A stretch of 64,000 nucleotides of DNA from positions 3,749,572 to 3,813,571 of the forward strand of contig CAVNZM010000008.1 in NCBI GenBank assembly GCA_963693365.1, given 5' to 3'. A program made the position numbers and the translations under genes. How positions within the stretch are numbered: position 1 is the first letter of the stretch; every line of letters starts with the position of its first letter. This stretch comes from Amoebidium appalachense. Taxonomy: Eukaryota; Protista; Ichthyosporea. Shown piece after piece: positions 27,176 to 52,675 of the stretch. Below the pieces are notes generated by a model. It saw only the letters and a program-made list of their open reading frames with translations, did no database searches and had not been told where the DNA came from.

Positions 27176-28745
27176 GGCTAGTTGGAGGGCATAGCTTGGT
27201 AGGGTATCAGAGGGTGACTTAGGATGGCTGGGAGTGTAGAATCCTAAGGATATATTTGTTGAGGTATAGGGGTGCACCGTAGGGTGTAAACTTACAGGGA
27301 TAGTGTTTATGTGCATATTTTAGTGATTGCCGGAATTGTAAACTTGGGGAATAGAGTTTGGCATAAAATTGGCGAGGATGCAAACCTGCGGGAGCATGGC
27401 TCTTGGCCTGGGTTGGTGCAAGTGTAAACTCGAGGGGTATAAAGACTTCAAATAGGCATTGGTGGCAGGGTTAACTCTTGGGGATTGCTTGTACGGGATG
27501 GTACTGGTTACGCACATGAAACCAAGTGGCCTAATTTAGGGCAAATATTTGGTTCCTAAGACTCCAGCTATCTGTTTGCTCCTAGGAAACAGAATTCTAG
27601 CCATTTTTCAGGCACACAGAAGAGAGCCTGGAGGGGTATTTGGTGGTGGTGGTGGTGGTGGTGGTGGTGCGGGGGGAGGGAGGGAGGGGGGGGGGGGGGG
27701 CTATGGACTATACTCCTGGTCGAGGAAATATGGGGTTGGGGGGCAGGGGTGGCAAGGGTGAGGTGTGTGTGTGTATGCGTGCGTGTGTGCTTGGTGGTGG
27801 TGGTGGTGGGGAAGGGAGTGGGGGGGGGGGAGGGGGGGGGGGGGGGGGGTGTGGAGGGAAGGTGGGGGGGGGGGGGGGGGGGGGGGGGGGGATCTGGAGA
27901 TGGTTGATTTAAGGATCTTGTTCCCACAGGACAAGGAGGGTGGCACGCTTTTTGCAGTGCGCCTTCCAAGAAAGGGAACGAGTCGAGAGTTGGAGGTAGA
28001 AAGCTATGACGCTGCATTCCTGGCTGCAACTCTGCTCCAATCACATGGCCCCCATCTTCTACTCTATTCCAATTTGGAGCGCGTGAACGTCACTGTGTGC
28101 ACCACCGGTCTTTCTGGAACAATCTCGAAGATTGTTGGCGCGGGGTCTATTAAGACGCTCGTGGAGTATGAGGGGAGTGAAGGAGGGGGCACTTCGTCGA
28201 AATTCTTGTGGAAGGTTCGGACGTTTGAGAGCGTGGAAGCCGCGGCAGAGAACTTGGATTAGATTACTGCAAGGAGTAAGGTGAAACGTGTGCAATTGGT
28301 AGGTGGTCATGTGAATTGTTTATCCGCATGCGATGAATATGACTGCCGTGAGAATATGTATCTGCGTGTGTGTACTTAAATATATCAAAATGCTTGTAAA
28401 CGTGTGCGGTGCACTGGAGAATATGCTAGTTTTTTTTCTTGTTTATGTACATGAAAGCAGGCGTGTTGTCTACTTTTCGTGCTCTTTTCATTTCTTTTGC
28501 CCACCCGCTATAGGCCTTCCCATGAATCCCCTAACAGTCAACCCTACAGAGGATGGGCTATGCTATGCTGCATACTATGTCTTTGCTTCTTGCCTGTCAC
28601 GTTGGCCCCCTTTTTCGTGTTTTTTCCTTGTGCATTTTTGTTCTTCGTACTGAGTAAAACTTTCTAACCCCCTTCTTCCACCTCCCCTGCCCATCCCCCA
28701 TTTCTCCACACGTGTGTATACACCCACACACGCGCGCATGTGCAA

Positions 28746-28883
<138 letters not shown>

Positions 28884-29639
28884 CCTCCCCCCCCCTCCAA
28901 CCGCACACACACACAGCCACCCGTGCACGCAGCCGTCTGCCTGAGCAAGACCGACCCTGAGAAAAATAAACCCTGCTGGTTTCCGATTGGTCATGGTGAC
29001 TACTGTGTAGGTTTTCCTATTGGTCAATCTACCGCCCTGCCTCTATTCATCAACAATATGGATATGGAATTGGATAGCGGTAGATGTGCAATTAAGGCGG
29101 GGGAGCCGTCGGCGGAACAAAGGAAGGAGATGATTGGGTGGTTGGATGACACTGTAAAAGGTATGTGATGCTCACCTAGATGTGGGCACATATAAGATTG
29201 AGTAGAATGTTTTGTCCTGTCTTCCTTCCATCACGGCTTATGGCGCATGCACACTCGTATGTACGACCACACGTGTGCATAGCCGCGCACAAAGACACAC
29301 ACACAAAAGCACACATTCACAGCAGTAGCAGCACCTACACCCACATGCACGTTTCAATACGCACATATGTGGTGTGTGTGAGTGTGTGTGTGTGCAAACG
29401 TATATACATGCCCACAAGCAAAAAAAAAAATGTACTCAAACAAACAAGCAGAGGTGCACGGGTAGCCCCCCCCCCCTCCGCCCCCGGGCCCCAACACACA
29501 CCCACACACACACATGCATACACATGTAGGTACAAAATGGCCAATATCTTCCCCCCGTTAAAACTCTCCCCCGCGCCCCCCCCTCCCCCACAAACCCCCT
29601 ATTACTTTGTTTCTTATTTTTCAAATTTATATATATATA

Positions 29640-29701
<62 letters not shown>

Positions 29702-29713
29702 CACATACACTCA

Positions 29714-29814
<101 letters not shown>

Positions 29815-30927
29815 ACACACACACACACGCACATACACACACGCACACACACACACGCACACACAGACACACACATACGTTCCTGCCCGCCGCCTGAAAT
29901 CACGTGTTCGCGAACCCCCCTGGCAAACCACAGTTACCTCTTCAACCAAACCCACCTCCTTAACCAATCAAACACCCTCGCTGACTTTTAACCAATCCCC
30001 ATCCCCTGCAGACCTCATCAACTCTCCCAAGACCACACGCAGGCAGCGTTAGCTTGGAATCTTCTAGCACCAGACTCCGCCCACATCAACCCTATCAACC
30101 CCACCACGTGCGAGTTTACGGGACGCAGCCGCCTGCATCAAAACCCCGCAGAAGGAAAGTACACGGAAGAGGAAATGGAGATTTTGGAGAGTTATTTCGT
30201 CTTGTGCCGGCGACGGCGGCTGGGGGGGAGGGGGAGGAAGAAGATGAGGAAGACGAAGAGGACGAAGAGGGGGGCGTGGCGGAACTTGACGAGGTTGATG
30301 ACGTCATCAAGGCACTGAGGTCGTTGGGTGACGTCACTATGAGTCCCTACCGGTGGTGCAGTCGCTGTGGGAGAAGGTGGGGTGCACGTGCACTGTGTGA
30401 CCTTTCGTAATGGTGTTGTAGAAATTTGCCGGGAATGTGACAGCATGTCGTTTTCTCATCATCTCTTCCCTTCCCCCCCCCCCCCCCCCCCCCCAATCCC
30501 CCCCGGTTCCTCCCCTCTTCCCGACCAAAGAAAGGCAGTTGTGTTGAATTTTTGGGACTTCGTGAAGTGGGTGCGTGTGTGTGTGCGCTCGCACGCGCGC
30601 GCGCATGTGTGTGTGTGCGTAGGGGGGGGGGGGGGGGGGGGTCGCTTTTTTTTTTTTTGTGTGTGTGTGTGTGTGCGACGGTGTGCGTGTGTGTTGGTGA
30701 GTGTGTGGTTGTGAGCGACAGTATGTGCATGGAAGGGGGAAAGGAGGGGGATGCAGGGGGATTCATGTTTTGTGGGGGCATATTCTGTACCCTGGAGAAG
30801 AGGAAGGAACTCAAAGCCACCCCACACACATATTCCTTGCCCTTGGGAAGAATCTGTAAAAACTTTGCCACTATCCCTAAATTGAAGTTTGATAGGTCCA
30901 GTCAGTCTCAGGACGGGCTTTTACTCA

Positions 30928-31260
30928 GTATTACCCACATGTCAAGCCGGTATTACAGCATAACAAGCTCGTATTAATAGTATATCAAATCGCTATCACC
31001 CGCATATCAAGCCGGTATAGCCCGTATGTCAAGCCGGTATATCCCGGTTATCAAGGCGGCATTACCCATATACTAATCCGGTATTACCCATATATCAAGC
31101 CGGTATTTCCAACTTACCAAGCCGGTTTTAACCGTATACCAAGCCGGTATAGTCACCGTATATCGAGCCGGTATAGTCACCCATATATCAAGCCGGTACT
31201 ACCCGTATATCAACCCGGTATCACCCGTATGTCAAACCGGTGATCACTGTATATCAACCC
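30928..31260. repeat. Degenerate ~21-bp tandem minisatellite (consensus ~TTACCCGTATATCAAGCCGGTA)
   Basis: About 15 consecutive diverged units containing TATCAAGCCGGTA; no unique spacers. Confidence 0.85.
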
Positions 31261-31653
31261 TTTTTTCCTAGCCCAGCATAGTGCATAGAAAAAATGTACT
31301 TAATAGGTAGATTTCTTTACTAAATTCATCAATAAATATGTATCCCCCAGGCGGCAGAAGCAAGTGAGAAACCAGCCAGAGGGGATTTATCTGTTGAAAT
31401 GTGAGACACATGACCGTGTGTGCAAGTTCACCGGCGTTGGAAACGTCATCTATTCACCGATTAGAACCCCTGGCCTGTTTACGGGGTTAGACGATGCATG
31501 TCTGGTATGTATGCCACGTTTGACCACTGATGTTTTGGTGTATACACGTGTATGTGTGGGCTGAGTGTGTGTGTGGGCCCGTGCACGACAATGTGAGATG
31601 TGAGTGGGGCTGATGTAAGATGTCAAGTGTGTGGGACGCTTGGACCAAGACAC

Positions 31654-31688
<35 letters not shown>

Positions 31689-32552
31689 CGGGCGGGCGGC
31701 GGGCGGGCGTCCGTGCGTGTGTGCATGTGTGTGTGCGTCTGTGTGTGCACGTGTGTGTGCGTGCATGCGTGAATGCATCCGTGTGTGTGTGTGCGCATGC
31801 GTGCGTGTGTGTTGTGTGTGTGTGTCTGGCTGTGTGGGTATGGGTGGGTGGCTGTTTTTACCATCGAGTGTAAATTGAAGTGCTGTCACACGACTACATC
31901 TACATGCATGCACACGGCACAAAGACAATTAACCCCTAGCCAATCGCCGATGCACTTCAACTGCATCAGTTTCAAAGATTAATGCATCAGCGATCTTTGA
32001 AATTAAATAGCATCTGTTGCGTAATAGTCATGTCGCCAGGAGTTTTTGCCTAATTCAGGGTATGCTTTTTACTTTCGAAAGACATCAAAAACACCGGGGT
32101 TGAATATGTTTTTCTGTTTTTTGTGGGTGTTCTGCTAACCGTGTCTATATTTTTATCGAGCGCCCCCCCAATTCTAGAAGGCTGGTGGCAAGATGATGCC
32201 CGGGATTTACGGATTCCAAACCTGGAATCGATAGGCTAATCCGATTTGCTGAGATCTTTACGGGGAGTCATATTACGTAACTTTTTTAAAAGGAACCCCG
32301 CCGCAGTCGACAAAATCGACACAAATCATGTGCTCATAACACGTGCGGATGCATGGAAACACGCCGTTTTCTTTTTTTATGGAACACAAACAAAGACATA
32401 CATACATGTTGCTTGTTGCATTTTTGTCCACTTGGACCGCTTCTAATGATTTTTTGCTATTTTCAAGTCTGGGCAATTTTGGCTTCCGGGCGATCGGCTC
32501 GGGGTTAACACACAATGCATGTATACCCGCACTTATGCCCGCACCTGCCCCC

Positions 32553-32584
<32 letters not shown>

Positions 32585-32589
32585 ACACC

Positions 32590-32820
32590 CGCCCGCACAC
32601 ACACACACACACATAGATGCACATACTCACACACACACGCGCATAGATGCACATACTCACACACACACGTGCATAGATGCACATACTCACACACACACAC
32701 ACATAGATGCACATACTCACACACACACACACATAGATGCACATACTCACTCACACACACACATAGATGCACATACTCACACACACACACACAGATGCAC
32801 ATACTCACACACACACACAC
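32590..32820. repeat. 30-bp minisatellite derived from (CA)n (ACATAGATGCACATACTCACACACACACAC)
   Basis: Seven near-identical units with AGATGCACATACTC core. Confidence 0.9.
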
Positions 32821-32947
32821 CCATCTCATATGTGCACGTGCGCCCACTCATGAAGCCCCCCCCCCCCCCCCCCCCCCCCCCCCAGATCTCTCTGTCCCCT
32901 GGCACACACACACATGCATACGTGCGCATGGACAGACACGCAGATAT

Positions 32948-33011
<64 letters not shown>

Positions 33012-34247
33012 CACCACACGCAGATAAACACCTACAGACACACACACACACACTCCCTTCTTAAGTCTATCACTTCACTCAATGGTGTTGGTGTGCACTA
33101 TACACCACCTCTGACACCCTTTCGCCACAGACTTCATCCCCTGGCGATATATTTACATACATCCCTCCCTTCTCCTCCCCCCCCCCCCCCCTCCCTCCCT
33201 CTTCCAATGTGCAACCTTTGTGAATATAGACTGGCTGTGAGTGATCTGAAATCTTCTAATAGGAGAGTAATGACAACATCTTTTTTTGAATTTTCCCAGT
33301 TTTTTATAACGTGGTTTTCCTTGAGTCGATCAGTGGTGTACGTTGATTATGCGGACTTACGGATTCTGGTGGCTTGCAGGTGCCCTGGAGTGATTTACCC
33401 CCAATACTGAGGACCCTTCTACAACATCGAGCACATCAAACAAGTGAAGTTATGCGGAAATAAAGAATATTTCTGAGTTACGGCGTGTCCTTCAAGGTAG
33501 TAAACTGGATTTCCGGAAGGGCTTCATCACAAACAAATTCCCAGAAGAAAAATTGGTGAAACCGGCCGGAGGAAAAGATGAATGGTTATCGTATGAGCAG
33601 TGGGACAGGTGAGATACCGCATGTCGCACTGCTTTTGCGTGTGTGGCGTGTGTGTGTGCTTGCGTGTGAGTGTGTAATCGCACGCCTATTCGCATGTACT
33701 TGCACGCACGGCTGTGGGCATATGGGCATGCGTGTCAGCGTCACATTTCTAACCCTGTTGTACTATCAGTGTTGGCACCCCTGTGGCTTGCAGCATTATA
33801 GATCAGGTTTGGCCCAATTCCTCTTCTCCTTTGAGCCAGCCACCCCCCTCCCCCCGCCCCCCGCCCCCCCCCCCCTCCCTCCCCCTTCGCGGGTGTGGAT
33901 CTACGTTGTCCTCCTGTGTGAAAGGTAGATGCCTAATATAGTCTTTTTATTGTCTTCATGCCTGCTCTCCAAACACACTCAAGTGAACTAGGAGTGCATA
34001 CATCCGGGGGGGGGGAGGAGGGGGTGGGGGGGGTGGGGGGGTGGGGGTGTGCAGAGTGGGATAATAAACATGGTGACTCAAGAGCATGTGCATGCTCATA
34101 CTGGCACGCAGACACACATGCAAATGCACGCACCCCTAAACACGCACACACATAAAAACACACGCACGCGCGGGCACGCTCACACTCACTCACTCGCTCA
34201 CTGGCTCACTCGCTCACTCACTCATTCATTCATTCACACGTACACAC

Positions 34248-34337
<90 letters not shown>

Positions 34338-35199
34338 ACTCACACACTCACACACTCACACACACACTCACACACACACACACACACACACACGTACACG
34401 TACACGTTGTAAACAGTTGGACTAGTTAGGATAAGGCGGAGTACAACTGAATCAAAATAGAGACAGAGAACGGGTAGAAAGGCACACGCGGCCAGGTTGC
34501 TTTTACTATGGGCCGACTCAGTCTGTCTCAGACTTCACTGATGTGATCCCCGTACTGGGACAGCTTTCTTATATAGCCCCCAGGTTTCGGATCAAGGCCC
34601 AGGATTGGTTCATCCGCGGCCAGCACGGGTGGCAACATGCCATTCGTGGTTCTGGTGCGGTCCGAGCCAGTCAGACCTTCGTCCTATTCATGCAAACATC
34701 TTATTGGTTCACTTCGTTTATGTGGTATGCAGCGGTAGAACCATATATGGTTCACTTCTTAGGTAAGAGTGATTCCTATTGGCGCGGACATAATATTTAT
34801 ATGACATTCATGACAAAGCACGAATCGTGTGCTATCAGTTCACATTCTTTAGTAAACATGTACAGCTCATGTGTACAGTTGTTTACACCCCCCCCCTTGT
34901 CGGGAGCCTGGTGGTGTCGTTAGACAAGCAAACCACCAGGCTGAGAAGCGATAAACAACCTTCAGCGAGAATTCTTGTGCGCCGAGCTGCTGGGCAGAAC
35001 AGAGCAAGGACGTGGCATAGACTTGTTCTGAGTTTTCGTTTCGTGGCGAAGATTGTTGCAGAGTGTGCGTGCGAATTGTTCGCTTCGTCTCTGTGCTTGG
35101 CTTTTCTGTAGAAGTAATATTTTCCTTTTTGGGAATTTTTCCTTTTTAGGATACTCCCGCAGATTCGTTTTCAATTGCGACTAATTTGGTTGTGTGGAT

Positions 35200-35800
35200 G
35201 AATGATCATACCAAACATTCGATAATGAATATAACTCAAGCCTTAGGTCACTTCGTAGCTCAGGTAGTGGTGGATAGCTTCTTAGCCGCTGCCCCTTATC
35301 CCGGTTCTACCTTAAGACAATAAGGCGAGTAACCATGGCCAGAAAAGCCACTTCTTTCATGAACAAAGAGCACTTCTTTCCTCTCAGCTTTAACCCTGCA
35401 TCATCGGAGCTGGGAAAAACATGAATAAAAATGCCCTAAGTGTTCTTCGTTGGGTGACATAAAGAAATATATCAGCCCGTCAGAACCAGTAAAAACCCGG
35501 TTCATAATTCATAAGAAGAGGGTAGGCAAGGCAAGCCTTCTTCAGAAAACACATGCTTCCATTCGTGAGCAGTTTTCGTATCCCATGAGCCAGCGATTTT
35601 CGTTGAGCAGGGGGATTCCGGGCACACTACATTCTTCTGGAGGCTTGGCCTCACAAGAAAAGTCGTCACGGTCGCCCTTTCTTTTGTAAGCGACTTCGTG
35701 AGCGCGCTTCGTATTTTCATAACCTCCAGTGCAGTCTGTATGGTGCCCCATCCTCTGCTTCATTTGTAGGTGGCCCTACTGTTGGTTCTGTTCGTTGTGT
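35200..35800 (-). mobile_element. Degenerate Ty3/Gypsy reverse-transcriptase relic
   Basis: Minus-strand translation across stops/frameshifts gives ALPTLFL*IMNRV (~NAPATFQRLMN.V), NEEHL, DAGLKLRGKKCSLFMKEVAFL (~AGLKL.P.KC.L...EV.FLG), EPDK; region lacks microsatellites/introns. Confidence 0.55.
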
Positions 35801-36499
35801 GGAATACCAAAACCATTCGTGTTCGTGGAACTGCTTTGTGCTGTGCCTTCTTTCGTGTTGGTGTTCATAAAGTTACCCCGCTCACACACCCTACTTCTTA
35901 CATATATTAGATGTAAGTAGCTGCCTGGTGAGTGTGTGGTTCGTGTTCATTGGGCTCTTCCGTTGCTTCCTGAGAAGAGTATTTCGTTTTAGCAGAGGCA
36001 CCCAATAAGGCAGCTTGCTGGGTTGTCTCCCGCCTGTGCCCATTGGTGGAGTATGCACGTGCTAAATTGTTACAGTGTCATCGTATTGCAAGGGAATAAC
36101 ATGGTCACCTCCGTACCAGGGCCTAGGTACACATGATGGTCCGATGTGTTAGTCAACAACACCTTGCATTCGTCTTCGTCCTCAATCACACTTTCTTCGC
36201 TAGTGGAGAGGTGGGATTCATTATTCGAAATTCGAGCTAAACTGGTGACACTGTTGTGAGGGACGGTGCCCTTGTAACATTCTTTTATTTTCTTTATTCT
36301 GGTGGGGGTGTGCCGGCAGCAATTTTATTTTGTATGCGGGTATTCAAGGCTTTACAGCATAGTTCGTATGTTATAGTATTTGTACAGTATTGCCACACAC
36401 TGGCGGTTACCTGTAAATTCGTACCCCACAGCTTCGTTTGTTTCACATGCACGAACAAAAGTTCTGCATCGACTTTATTACATGCCTTCTGTGCACCAA

Positions 36500-41243
<4,744 letters not shown>

Positions 41244-41607
41244 GTCCAGGGCTGCATGGGGGCTAGTTGATCTCTCCACTTAGTGTGGGCCTTTTTCGCA
41301 CACCTCTATTTATTCTGCCTCTTTTCTGGGTTCTATTTTCTTTCTGCCTCTTTTCTGGGTCGTTGCTGTGTGAGTGTGTGTTTGGGAGGGGGGGGGGGGG
41401 GGGGGGGGGGGAGGGGAGAGAGGGGGAGGGGGGGGGGGGGGGAGGGATACTTGCTTGGATTCTTTCATTAGAAAGGCTTCTGCTGTCCACTAAGACTGCA
41501 AACTGGGCGCAAACTGGGGTGTAATATTAGACATTAGCTTCTTTTCGTACCCATGTAGATTCCCTTCCAGGCGAGACCCCCCGCTTGGAGGGGTTCTTTG
41601 TGATAGA

Positions 41608-41715
41608 TTTTCTCCTAAATTCGGCTAAGTTTGATTTAGTAGTTTTATCTTTGTCCTTCTTTTCTCCTAGATTCGGCTAAGTTTGATTTAGTAGTTTTAT
41701 CTTTGTCTTCTTGTC
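41608..41715. repeat. ~52-bp direct tandem duplication
   Basis: TTTTCTCCTA(A/G)ATTCGGCTAAGTTTGATTTAGTAGTTTTATCTTTGTC present twice in tandem. Confidence 0.9.
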
Positions 41716-41781
41716 TAAGCGTCCACCCAAGTGAGGCATGGGTGTATAGTTATCCTATAAATCCGTAATATATATAGCTTG

Positions 41782-41809
41782 GGGGCGCCTGCGGCGCCCC
41801 TCGTCTAGT
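41782..41809 (+). mobile_element. Helitron-like 3' terminus (GC hairpin followed by CTAG|T)
   Basis: GGGGCGCC-TGC-GGCGCCCC perfect 8-bp stem then TCGT-CTAG followed by T; 5' end not established. Confidence 0.45.
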
Positions 41810-42405
41810 GTGTGGCCGTGCTGGAAAACACAGTAAGCCACACATGCACACGAGGGGCTGTGCTCCCGCCGTTTCCCAAAATATAGGCCGTGTAAACCTA
41901 TCGCTGGGGAAGACGTGGTAGGGAAAACGGGGTAGGGGGGTCCATGGGTGAAAATGTATGCTGAAAAAAGAAAGCGTAAAGCCTGTTTTCATGATAAGTA
42001 TAGTATAAATCATTGAGTGAAGTTTGCCCGGTACCCAGCGTGTCAGATGTATTGCCACTGCCTGTGCCCTCCCCCCCCCCCCCCCCCCCCCCCCCCCCCA
42101 TCCTCTCTCGGCCTCCTTTCCTTCCAAAACCTGCCTAGTGTGCCCTGAAAAGAGAGAGCCGGAGAGGCAACACATACACAAGAGAGGCGGGGGGGGGGGG
42201 GGGGGGGGGGGGGTCCACACTAATTTAAACAATCGTATATACATATAACAAAAAGTAAATTATCAGTAATCCCACAACACATGCACGATACATTTGCAGC
42301 ATGCACCGATTTGTGCACTTGGTTTGCCCGATAATTAAAACTTTCAGAGGGGCCAGAAGTGGAAGCTCCGTGTGTTGCCATGTGTGTGTGTCTGTCACAC
42401 GGTGT

Positions 42406-42452
<47 letters not shown>

Positions 42453-42628
42453 GGGGAGGGACTGTGCAAGGGTAGCCTGACATCTATGAAATACTAAAAA
42501 CGCAGCGCAAGCTACCAGCCAAGCTTGTTTGTTCACGTTTTTCTATTATATGGGGTACCGCGGCCCGATGCTGGAATACATGCCATGGGATTTTTAAATT
42601 TGAAATGTGCCACGATGGAGGGGCGAGG

Positions 42629-42671
<43 letters not shown>

Positions 42672-44506
42672 AAATATCGACGTCCCCCCCCCTCCCCCCC
42701 CCCCCCCCCCTTCTTTGAGGGGTGGTACTGGTAACTATCCCCCCACCCCCCCCCAACCCCCCCCCCCCCCCGGACCCCCCTCCTTCCCCTCCCATCAGCA
42801 GCACCGTGCCCCCCCCCCCCCCCCCCCCCCCCCCCGGCCCCCCGCCTGGGTATTAAATCCGGTGAGAGTATGTGTTTGTGTGTGTACACGCGATGGCCAT
42901 GGGGAGACTGGTTGCGAGTCCCTCCCAGGCCTGCGAAGGGAGTGAGGGGACATCGGGGGAGGGAGGGAGGGAAGGGGGGGGGGGGGGGAGGGGAGGGGGA
43001 GGGGGAGGGGGGAGGGGCTGCTCTCTTGTGACTGTATGGTGTGTGCTTTGTTTCAACCGTTTACAATAAACCGTTATAGGTGTCATGATCGTTATGTATT
43101 GTACGGTGAGGTTAAATTCCGTGGCTGTGTAGAAATTCAGATGTCAATACCCCAGCAATACCCCCCAACGTGCACATAGTCATGGCATTGTGATACGCTG
43201 CAGCCAGTCACAGGCTTGCACATATGCAACGTTAGATAACCCTAATAGCCAACTAAATAGGATCAGCAAAATTGTCGATATCGATATGCATTAAGTTTGC
43301 AGAGGCAGAGGTCGGTCTTGCAACTTGAGCCGAATAAAATAATAAGCCCCAAATAGGTGATATCCGTGCCTATGTGTGGTCTCGGTGAGCTTTGGTATTC
43401 TTTGTACCAGCAGCATACAAGTATGCCGTCGTATATTCTTGTATCCCGTATTTCCAATTGTTCGCCGGGGGGAGTGGGGGGGGGGGGGGGGGGGGGTCTT
43501 CCCTCCAACCAAAACTACTTTCAAAATCTTAAAGACGGACTCCCATTGGGTCAACTACGATGCGGCAAGATCTTTTGGGGCATCCCAAAGACATGGTGGT
43601 ACTTTCAGTGGATATGTGGTTTTGGGCATGGGGGTGGTGAATCGCCACTGCGCATAGATAGGAGTATGTTGGTCTTCAAGTACCGATATGCTTCTTCTAA
43701 CAAATGTGTTGAACGCTAACCACTGAGCCGGGTATGTGAACATTTTGCACGGCTGGGTGGGTCTGCCGGTGTGCCCGGCACGTTTGGCATGCTGGTTGCG
43801 TGTGTGTGTGTGTGTAGGGGCTGTTTGTGGGTTTTAGGTTTCGGTGAGGCCGCCTAACTAACTTATTGTGTGCGTGTGGTGTTCTGTACATATGATGTGG
43901 CAGTGGTACGTGGCAAGTCAGTTTGGGGTGTGTGGGTGAAAGGGATATATAAGGGATTTTACCGAAAAATTTGACCTAGGGTTTTTTTAAAGTTTTTTCA
44001 TGTTTTTTCGTGATCGCTTGAGCAGATCAAACGGCTTTGCTGGTATCTCAGTGTACGTGTGCAGGGGGTATAACAACACACTAACTGTGAAAACTTGGTG
44101 CATTTTGGTTGAACGGTTCCCAAGTTATTACATTTTTAATTTCTTGAAACGTGCATAACGTTATACTCAAACCTGCATAACGTTATACAATTTTACTTAG
44201 TAAATGTAAATTTGCCTCAAAAAATTCGTTAAAGTGCCTTATATATGCTTGTGTAAATTAATCATAGGGCTGTTTTTATTATTATTATTATTATCATAGT
44301 GCGTGCATGCATGTGTGTGTGTGCGTATGCGTGTGTGCGCAGTGGTGGGGGGAGGCTGGGGCCCCCGGAGGGGGGGGAGGAGGAGGAGGGGAGGGGGGGG
44401 GGGGGGGGGGGGGGGAGAAAGGATCCCCCCCCCCCCCCCCCGCCCCTCGGTCCCCCTCCCCCGTTCCCCCCCCCTCCCCTCCCCTCTCTCCCCGCGGCCG
44501 GTCCCT

Positions 44507-44539
<33 letters not shown>

Positions 44540-44929
44540 CCACACACACACACACACGGGCGGCACCAACATACACCGCGCCATACTCTGTAGGTGCTAT
44601 GGATGACAGGCGGTTTGCATAAGCACGAATGAAAACAGTACAGCTGAAGCTTGAACATGCACAGGCAACGGAGCATATCGATAATGATCTCAAGTTATGC
44701 ACTGTACCACTGTGTCACGAACGCAGCCACAGCTGCATTGCCATGTTGTCTATCTTCCAGAAAACGTTAACGTGTTGCGCCTTGTCTTTCCAGTGCCTGA
44801 CTGTCGCCTGAGTCACCTGAACTCGCACGGTTGACGACATTCGAGCCACGGGGGCGTCACTTGGTCATTTTCTCGGTCGCTGATTTGGCTTTCTTGCTTG
44901 TTCAAAAATCAAAAATCAAAGGACGTGGT

Positions 44930-45105
44930 GTGATTGGCTGGATAGGCACCGCGTTGAAGAATACGCGGTGCGAGAAAAGCCAATAGCTGCTCTTGAAAAT
45001 ATCTAACCAATACTAATTGCGGATCTACAGCCTGAAATGGTTAGTCAGAAAGCAGATTTCTAGCATTCCACGGGTCTGGTGCAGGGTATATAAAGCACCC
45101 GTGGG
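44930..45105 (+). promoter_or_regulatory. Putative promoter of the POT transporter (CCAAT boxes and TATA box)
   Basis: ATTGG ~44933, CCAAT ~44980 and ~45007, TATATAAAG ~45087, about 500 nt upstream of the ATG; (TA)n at ~45188-45232 follows. Confidence 0.4.
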
Positions 45106-45186
45106 GGCTCCTTTTTTCAGATTTTAGGGAGTCCTAAGGACGTTGTTTGTTTTTCGGAGAGCTGTTTACAGCTTCCAACACGTGTG

Positions 45187-45235
<49 letters not shown>

Positions 45236-45589
45236 ACGATATATTAGCAAGAAAGCAAGACTTTTAAAGACATTAAACTATGCTACCTGCAGGCGTCCAG
45301 GCAGATTAGAAAGACACCGCTAAAAATAGCAAACTCATTTCTTTCCCCAATAAAGCTGGGTCTTGATGGTCTACCTATATTGAGTCTCAGATAAAAATCC
45401 AGTAGTTTTGGCGGTCCTTCTTCACTTTCCTTTGTGTGTCATTGCATTTATACACTTAAACACACTGTAGCTGGGACTGTAGCTATACATAAATCATTGA
45501 CAAAGAAGAGCTCGCATGACAAAGTTTTTGAATTAGTCGAATTCCCACCACGGCAGCGGCTCCAAGGGCCGCCACACTCACCAGGCAAA

Positions 45590-51763
<6,174 letters not shown>

Positions 51764-52222
51764 ATTAAAATTTGGAGCATTTTATAAAGGCCCGTTTTAA
51801 ATTTGTTAAATTTGTGTTTGCTAAGTCGAATGATGATCTTCAGGACGTGGCTGTGGCCTCCGGGTTCAGAACACGACCGTCTTTTAAAACACTTTTGGCT
51901 TGTTTTTGTAGCTATCAGTTTTAAAAAGCATAGAGTTGTTCGATTAAACCTTGACCCCACATGCTTTCTCTGACGCCTATTATGTATGTGACATGAGCTT
52001 CAGTTGCAAGAATCTCAGATCGACGGATATGCTGTTACATGAGACCTTTTAACGTTAAAATTTCCTCTGTTAAGGCCCGAACAAGAAACAGTATAGCCCC
52101 ATGGATTACAGTCATCAAAATGTGCCGGGGTGCAATAATATGCCATAAAAGGCATATTTTGATCAAGCAGGTGAACCTGTAGCACTCCCTTAAGTTTTTT
52201 TTTTTTTTTTTTTTTTTTTGTT

Positions 52223-52603
52223 TGGGGGGGGGGGGGGGGGGGGGAGGGGGAAGAGGGGGGGGGGTCGGGTAGTGTATAGATGTATGCGCGTCGCGTGCAT
52301 GTATGCGTGTATGTGTGTGTGTGTGGGGAGGGGGGGGGGGGGGGGGGGGGGGGGGAGCGTACTGTGTGTGGCGCGGGCGTGTGTGTGTGCGTCTGCCTGC
52401 CTGCGTGTCTGGGTGTGAACTAGCGGGTGGTTTTGTGGGTGGTGGGCTGGTGTGTGTGTGTGTGTCATTGAGCCTGTGCATGTGTCCCTGAGCAAAAGTG
52501 TTTGGTTGTGCCACTTTGTAGGAGGGCGGGAAGGTACTACCGAGGGAAGGCCGTGTGGAAGAGGGCCGTGTGGAAGAGTGGGGGGGGGGTAGGGGGGGAG
52601 GGA

Positions 52604-52675
<72 letters not shown>

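Noticed and set aside
30928-31260. CRISPR-like array
   Set aside because: Units are contiguous and degenerate with no unique spacers, no cas genes, eukaryotic context.
43290-43731. Exon-like segments with AG/GT ends
   Set aside because: Contain stops and no identifiable motif; kept only as context for the decayed block, not as a feature.
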